Shown here in pieces: positions 35,029-40,000 of a DNA stretch of 40,000 nt. How positions within the stretch are numbered: position 1 is the stretch's first letter; the number at the start of each line of letters is the position of its first letter. The notes under the pieces are model-generated. The model was given only the letters and a program-made list of their open reading frames with translations. It had not been told where the DNA came from and ran no database searches. The position numbers and the translations under genes were made by a program. Source of the DNA: Microcystis aeruginosa FD4 (GTDB taxonomy: Bacteria > Cyanobacteriota > Cyanobacteriia > Cyanobacteriales > Microcystaceae); NCBI RefSeq assembly GCF_009792235.1, contig NZ_CP046973.1:1473062-1513061 (forward strand). The letters run 5' to 3'.

Positions 35029-35516
35029 CTTTTTGGCTGTGATCGGTAAACAGTAAACTGAAAACTCAAATCTGATCACTGAATCTCCCCTCTTGCCTCT
35101 GAGAAAAAAAAATGCTATGATGAAAACAAATCGGGCTTCTACGTTGGTGACTGCCTTTCAAGTTTTTTGATCTATGCTTGATTGTGATAAGGGAGCAAAT
35201 AACCAATTCGTGTGGTAGTAAACCGAGCTTGTACTCGGAAACAGAAACGCGTAATATAAGTTCCCACCTGGTTAACCCAGGTCATAAACTTAGGTAAAAC
35301 GGCGTAGCGGTCTTTTCAAGTTTTTCGAGCATATATAGGCCAAATTCTGGTGAGATTCCCTGTACTTCCTTAGTTTTGCCCTCTTGGTTGGTCAAAAAAG
35401 CCAGTATCTGTATTTTTTTCTAGATTAAAGACTGCGGTTTTCGGTAACGCTTGTCACCGCTAAATTGTGACAATCCGGACTACACTAGGGAAAAATTTAT
35501 GAATTATTGTTAAGCA

Positions 35517-36896
35517 ATGACTGAAAAACAGCCAAGAGTTGTTATCATCGGCGGCGGATTTGCGGGTTTATACACGGCCAAAGCCCTAAAAAACGCCCGC
35601 GTTCATGTTACCCTCATCGATAAGCGAAATTTCCATCTTTTTCAGCCCCTCCTCTATCAAGTCGCTACTGGGGCGCTGTCTCCGGCCGATATCTCCTCAC
35701 CTTTGCGCTTAATCCTACGGGGTCATGACAATACAGATATTCTCCTCGATCAGGCCATAGATATAGATCCAGTTAAGGGAGAAGTGATCTTGAAAGATCA
35801 CCCGCCGATCGCCTACGATCAGTTAGTCATTGCCACGGGAGTCAGTCATCACTATTTTGGCAATGATCAATGGCAGCCCTACGCTCCCGGGTTAAAAACC
35901 ATTGAAGACGCAGTAGAAATGCGTCGTCGCATCTATCTCGCTTTCGAGAAGGCCGAGAAAGAAATCGATGCCGAAAAGCGGCAAGCTTTATTAACTTTTG
36001 TTATTGTCGGTGGCGGACCGACGGGGGTAGAATTAGCAGGAGCGATCGCAGAAATTGCCCACGGTGCGCTTAGGTCTGATTTCCACCAGATTAACCCCAC
36101 AGAAGCGAAAATTTTGCTCTTAGAAGGGATGGATCGAGTATTACCCCCATATTCACCCGATTTATCCGCTAAAGCTGCCGCTTCTCTCATAAAATTAGGG
36201 GTGACAGTGCAAACTAACAGCATCGTTACCAATATTGTTGAAGGTTGTGTCACCGTCCGTCAGGGAGAAAAGACGACAGAAATCGCTGCCGAGACAATTT
36301 TATGGGCAGCAGGGGTAAAAGCATCGAGAATGGGGCGAATTTTGGCCGAAAGAACCGGGGTAAATCTCGATCGCGTCGGCCGGGTAATCGTCGAACCTGA
36401 TTTAAGTATCGCTGGTTATGCCAATATTTTTGTGATCGGGGATCTGGCTAATTTTGCCCATCAGGGAGATAAACCTTTACCCGGAGTTGCTCCCGTGGCC
36501 ATGCAGGAGGGCGAATATCTAGCGAATTTATTAATTTCTCGCCTAAAAGGGCAAACTATTCAACCTTTTCATTATATCGATCGAGGTAGTCTGGCAGTGA
36601 TCGGCCAAAATGCGGCCGTGGTTGATTTGGGATTTGTTAAGTTTTCTGGGTTCATCGCTTGGTTAGTCTGGGTTTGGGCCCATATTTACTATCTGATCGA
36701 ATTTGATAATAAATTAGTGGTGATGGTGCAATGGGGTTGGAATTATTTTACCCGCGGTCGTGGCGCTCGTTTGATTACGGGAGAGGGGCAAAATTTAGCC
36801 TCTGGACAATTGCCGCAAAATAACAGCCAAAATAATAATAATCTCGCCGTTTCTAACCAGACGGAAACTCTCTCTCCACCGATTGTGAAAGTGTGA
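35517..36896 (+). CDS. Type II NADH dehydrogenase (NDH-2) family FAD oxidoreductase
   Basis: 459 aa. Two dinucleotide-binding motifs, VVIIGGGFAGL and VIVGGGPTGVELAG. GDLANF near the C-terminus. Confidence 0.85.
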   Translation: MTEKQPRVVIIGGGFAGLYTAKALKNARVHVTLIDKRNFHLFQPLLYQVATGALSPADISSPLRLILRGHDNTDILLDQAIDIDPVKGEVILKDHPPIAYDQLVIATGVSHHYFGNDQWQPYAPGLKTIEDAVEMRRRIYLAFEKAEKEIDAEKRQALLTFVIVGGGPTGVELAGAIAEIAHGALRSDFHQINPTEAKILLLEGMDRVLPPYSPDLSAKAAASLIKLGVTVQTNSIVTNIVEGCVTVRQGEKTTEIAAETILWAAGVKASRMGRILAERTGVNLDRVGRVIVEPDLSIAGYANIFVIGDLANFAHQGDKPLPGVAPVAMQEGEYLANLLISRLKGQTIQPFHYIDRGSLAVIGQNAAVVDLGFVKFSGFIAWLVWVWAHIYYLIEFDNKLVVMVQWGWNYFTRGRGARLITGEGQNLASGQLPQNNSQNNNNLAVSNQTETLSPPIVKV

Positions 36897-36949
36897 AAAA
36901 AATAGCCGTGATTATCTAGTTATCAGTTAGCAGGTAAGAACAATCAATC

Positions 36950-37204
36950 ATGAAAATAGAACATCCTAACAGTCTAGAAATTACCCCCGAGGAAAGCCAA
37001 GAATTAGAATATTTACGAGTTACAATTGAACGAGCGATCAAAGATGGTGTGATCACAAGAATAGAATTTGAATCGATTAAAATGATCATGTTTTCTAACA
37101 AGAAAAACAATCCCGACCAAATCCTCCGGCAAGTGACACTCTATCGCCATTTAGTCGTTGAAAAAATGAATAATGGCGAACTAATTTTTGAATCTCCCCA
37201 ATAG
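36950..37204 (+). CDS. Hypothetical protein, 84 aa
   Basis: ORF only. No motif recognised. Confidence 0.4.
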   Translation: MKIEHPNSLEITPEESQELEYLRVTIERAIKDGVITRIEFESIKMIMFSNKKNNPDQILRQVTLYRHLVVEKMNNGELIFESPQ

Positions 37205-37343
37205 GGCGAAATACCCTTTTGAGCTATTTAGTACAAATGCTCAAACTTTCTCTCCCTTCTTCCCACTCCCCACTATCCTATACCTTTTAAACAGGATTTA
37301 GTAAGTAGCTAGACACAATTAATTAGACATATCTAACCACCTC

Positions 37344-37371
37344 TTGCCTTTTGCCTTCTGCCTTTTGCCTT
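37344..37371. repeat. Heptamer microsatellite (TTGCCTT), 4 units
   Basis: TTGCCTTTTGCCTTCTGCCTTTTGCCTT read directly. Confidence 0.85.
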
Positions 37372-37378
37372 CATTAGC

Positions 37379-38020
37379 TTATTCTTTTTTGTCGCTACTG
37401 GGAAAAGCTCGACCTTGAATATTTTCTAAAGCTGAAACTGCCGCTCGGGAACCGGCGATAATATCTCGTTCTTCTCCCCCTAAATATAAGCGGCCAAAAC
37501 TGCCCACGGAAGTAACGTGTAGGATATTAATTAAAGCGGCTTTTTCGGCTTGATTAGCGGCTAGGGAAGCGTAGGCGGCCGGTTGTACTTCTAAAACGTA
37601 TAAAGTCTGTCCTGCCATTAACATCATACCCCGAGAACTACGGTTAATTAATTGGGCTTGGTAAGCGTCAATGTTGCGAATAATTTGGCTAGAGACAATT
37701 TGCGGTTTCAGACAATCGCGCTGAGTAACGCCTAAATACTGCAAAATTGCCTGACCGGCCGCCCTGACCTCTCCCTGACTGCTAGAATGGAGTTCTAAGA
37801 GTCCGTAGAGTCGTTCTACGAATAGAACCCCCGGACGAACCACGGCGGATTTGAGGGCAATATCGGTGATGCGATTAATCTCGATGCCGGGGGAAATTTC
37901 AATCCAGAGGGAAGCATCCCCGGGTAAGGGTAAAAATCCTTGGGCGACTGTACCGATGTAAGCGGCGTGTTGAAGCTGTAAATTGTCAAGATAAACGTAA
38001 CTGCGAAGTTCTACACCCAA
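37379..38020 (-). CDS. ccmP: Carboxysome shell protein CcmP (tandem-BMC, BMC-T)
   Basis: 213 aa with a TTG start. [50 protein letters not shown]...[19 protein letters not shown] matches the CcmP sequence as I recall it from Synechococcus elongatus. Confidence 0.85.
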   Translation of the reverse strand: MGVELRSYVYLDNLQLQHAAYIGTVAQGFLPLPGDASLWIEISPGIEINRITDIALKSAVVRPGVLFVERLYGLLELHSSSQGEVRAAGQAILQYLGVTQRDCLKPQIVSSQIIRNIDAYQAQLINRSSRGMMLMAGQTLYVLEVQPAAYASLAANQAEKAALINILHVTSVGSFGRLYLGGEERDIIAGSRAAVSALENIQGRAFPSSDKKE

Positions 38021-38309
38021 GCTAATTTCTCCCTCTCTGGTCTATCTTAAAAGTTATGAGGACAGTGATAGCTTCTGCCGCCCTATCGATCGCCTTGAGG
38101 CTACAGTTAGACCTAAAATGTCTTTAAGTCCTGTTTCTGTCCTCTGGCAAATCCCCATTCCAACCCCGGAGCGACGATTAATCAATCCTTAATTAGGGCT
38201 TAGGCATTACCATCTTTCACTATATTATAGAATTGGCGGCCTTTAAATTTGCCAGGGAGAAAGGGGAAAAAAACTATAATTATGGGGACAAACTCAGGGA
38301 AAAACCAGC

Positions 38310-39356
38310 ATGACGATTCTTTTAGGGGGAGATATCGGGGGAACCAAAACAATCCTGCGTTTAGTGGATTGCCAAAACTCAGCGGATAGTCCCCAACCCC
38401 TGCTAATTACTCTCGATCAAGAAATTTATCCTAGTAAACAATACCCCGATCTGGTGCCGATTGTCCAGCAGTTTTTAGCCCGACAAGTCACTGTTCTCCC
38501 AGTGGAAAAAGCTTGTTTCGGTATTGCCGGTCCTGTGGTTAACAATAGTTCCGAATTGACTAATTTAAGTTGGTTCCTCACTGGCGATCGCCTAAGCCAG
38601 GAGCTGCAGATTGAGCGAGTAAAATTAATTAATGATTTTGCGGCGATCGGTTATGGGGTGTTAGAATTAGCCCCAGAGGAGCTGCACAATCTACAGTCGG
38701 CCCCGGCAGTACCAGAGGCCCCGATTGCGGTTATTGGTGCAGGAACTGGGTTAGGAGAGGGTTTTTTGATTCCTGTCTCGAAGGGTAAATATCGGGTGTT
38801 TGCTAGTGAAGGTTCCCACGCCGATTTTGCTCCTCGATCGAGTTTAGAATATCAATTATTAAATTATCTCTTGGAACTCTATAATATCGAGCGCCTTTCG
38901 GTGGAGCGAGTGGTTTCCGGCCCTGGAATCACTTCTATCTATCGATTTCTCCACGATAGTAACTATAGTCAGTCATCGCCAGCCATGGCGGAAATTTACC
39001 GCACTTGGTTAGAAGAAATGGATAAAACGCAAAAAACCGTCGATTTAGCGGCTAAAATCGCCACTTTTGCCCAAGATGACTCGGATTATCTTTGTTATCA
39101 AACCATGAAAATCTTTGTCGAGGCCTACGGTGCGGAAGCGGGCAATTTAGCCCTCAAGTTGCTTCCCTACGGAGGATTATACATAGCGGGAGGGATTGCG
39201 GCCAAAAATCTTCCCCTAATGACCGAGGGTAGCTTTATGAAGGCTTTTCGGGCTAAAGGTCGGATGAGGGAGCTATTAAGCAATATTCCCGTGCATATCG
39301 TTCTTAATACCCAAGTGGGACTAATGGGGGCAGTTTCCTGCGCTAGTCAGCTTTGA
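38310..39356 (+). CDS. glk: Glucokinase
   Basis: 348 aa. N-terminal LLGGDIGGTKT phosphate-1 motif, IGAGTGLGEG, and overall bacterial Glk pattern. Confidence 0.88.
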   Translation: MTILLGGDIGGTKTILRLVDCQNSADSPQPLLITLDQEIYPSKQYPDLVPIVQQFLARQVTVLPVEKACFGIAGPVVNNSSELTNLSWFLTGDRLSQELQIERVKLINDFAAIGYGVLELAPEELHNLQSAPAVPEAPIAVIGAGTGLGEGFLIPVSKGKYRVFASEGSHADFAPRSSLEYQLLNYLLELYNIERLSVERVVSGPGITSIYRFLHDSNYSQSSPAMAEIYRTWLEEMDKTQKTVDLAAKIATFAQDDSDYLCYQTMKIFVEAYGAEAGNLALKLLPYGGLYIAGGIAAKNLPLMTEGSFMKAFRAKGRMRELLSNIPVHIVLNTQVGLMGAVSCASQL

Positions 39357-40000
39357 CATCCTCACCGCCGTAAACGGACGGCGATTCCCAAACCTCACGA
39401 TTTGGGTTTCTGCTTCTTTCCCGAAGGATTTTTCGCACCTGCCTTAACAGATTTACTCTGTTCTGGTCTTATGGTCGCTCTACAGACTGACACCGCAAGC
39501 CCTGCGGCCAAAATATTTTTACTGGCGTTAATATCTCGGTCATGGTGCGTCCCACAGTCTGGACAATCCCATTCTCGAATATTTAACGGCATTTTCTCAG
39601 CAATATACCCACAATTACTACACCGCTTAGAACTAGGAAACCATCTATCTATTTCGAGGTAATTTCTCCCATACCAACGGCATTTATAAGCTAATTGTCG
39701 GGTAATTTCTCCCCAACTAACGTCAGATATTGCCTGAGATAATTTCGGGTTTTTGACCAGATTCTTGATAGCTAAATTCTCAACCACAATCGTTTGGTTT
39801 TCACGGACTAATTGAGTGGTTAGCTTGTGTAAATGGTCTTTTCTACTATCGGTGATTTGAGCGTGAATCCTGGCTACTTTGATTCTCGCTTTTTCTCGAT
39901 TCTTTGACCCTTTCTGTTTTCTAGAAAGGCTTTTTTGTGCTTTTCGCAGTCTCTGATAATGCTTTTTAAAATGCTTGGGATTAGATACTTTGTCACCATC
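39353..40000 (-). mobile_element. Second copy of the tnpB element (right end plus 3' two-thirds of tnpB; continues beyond the window)
   Basis: 39353-39420 TTGACATCCTCACCGCCGTAAACGGACGGCGATTCCCAAACC... is nearly identical to 2290-2350. Confidence 0.8.
39395..40000 (-). CDS. tnpB: TnpB, 5'-partial at the window edge
   Basis: ORF 39395..39787 is near-identical to the C-terminus of 2332..3519. Hand translation shows the frame stays open to position 40000 (KHYQRLRKAQKSLSRKQKGSKNREKARIKVARIHAQITDSRKDHLHKLTTQLVRENQTIVVENLAIKNL). Confidence 0.85.
   Translation of the reverse strand, partial: DGDKVSNPKHFKKHYQRLRKAQKSLSRKQKGSKNREKARIKVARIHAQITDSRKDHLHKLTTQLVRENQTIVVENLAIKNLVKNPKLSQAISDVSWGEITRQLAYKCRWYGRNYLEIDRWFPSSKRCSNCGYIAEKMPLNIREWDCPDCGTHHDRDINASKNILAAGLAVSVCRATIRPEQSKSVKAGAKNPSGKKQKPKS

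Noticed and set aside
1-40000. tRNA, rRNA, tmRNA or RNase P genes
   Set aside because: I scanned the intergenic regions by eye for the conserved T-loop GTTCGAATC-type motif and for rRNA-like stretches, and none were seen. A tRNAscan or Infernal run would be needed to be certain.

Overview
The window looks like a chromosomal segment of a unicellular bloom-forming cyanobacterium, most likely Microcystis. That assignment is inferred from HIP1 GCGATCGC palindromes, 7/8-nt STRR-type microsatellites, a heavy IS/MITE load and a mysABCD cluster.

Core genes:
- lysC, pmbA-DUF456-tldD, a KAS-II-like synthase, sbcD, petN, aroB, an NDH-2, ccmP and glk.

Accessory blocks between them:
1. 3.9-10.3 kb: an NLR-like STAND gene (helical N-domain, NB-ARC, twelve near-identical 126-bp TPR units) split by one in-frame TGA. 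It is followed by two decayed copies of its own TPR C-terminus, interleaved with three toxin-antitoxin-like gene pairs.
2. 10.37-12.99 kb: an ORF-free tandem array of about nine and a half units of 248/284 bp. Each unit carries a sigma70-like promoter head identical to the one in front of the adjacent hicBA module, plus a long imperfect hairpin.
3. 18.9-20.8 kb: an AT-rich islet with an orphan C5-cytosine methyltransferase and vapBC.
4. 26.4-35.0 kb: an IS graveyard (IS1, ISL3 with a nested MITE) and a GC-richer mycosporine-like amino acid cluster (mysA-D). The cluster is bracketed by two identical 350-bp direct repeats of a transposase 5' end.
5. Two tnpB (IS200/IS605) elements sit tail-to-tail against the stop codons of lysC and glk, and a 346-bp tnpB-less derivative lies next to petN.

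I found no rRNA, tRNA or CRISPR array. All repeat coordinates were read by eye and may be off by a few bp. No database search or computation was possible.
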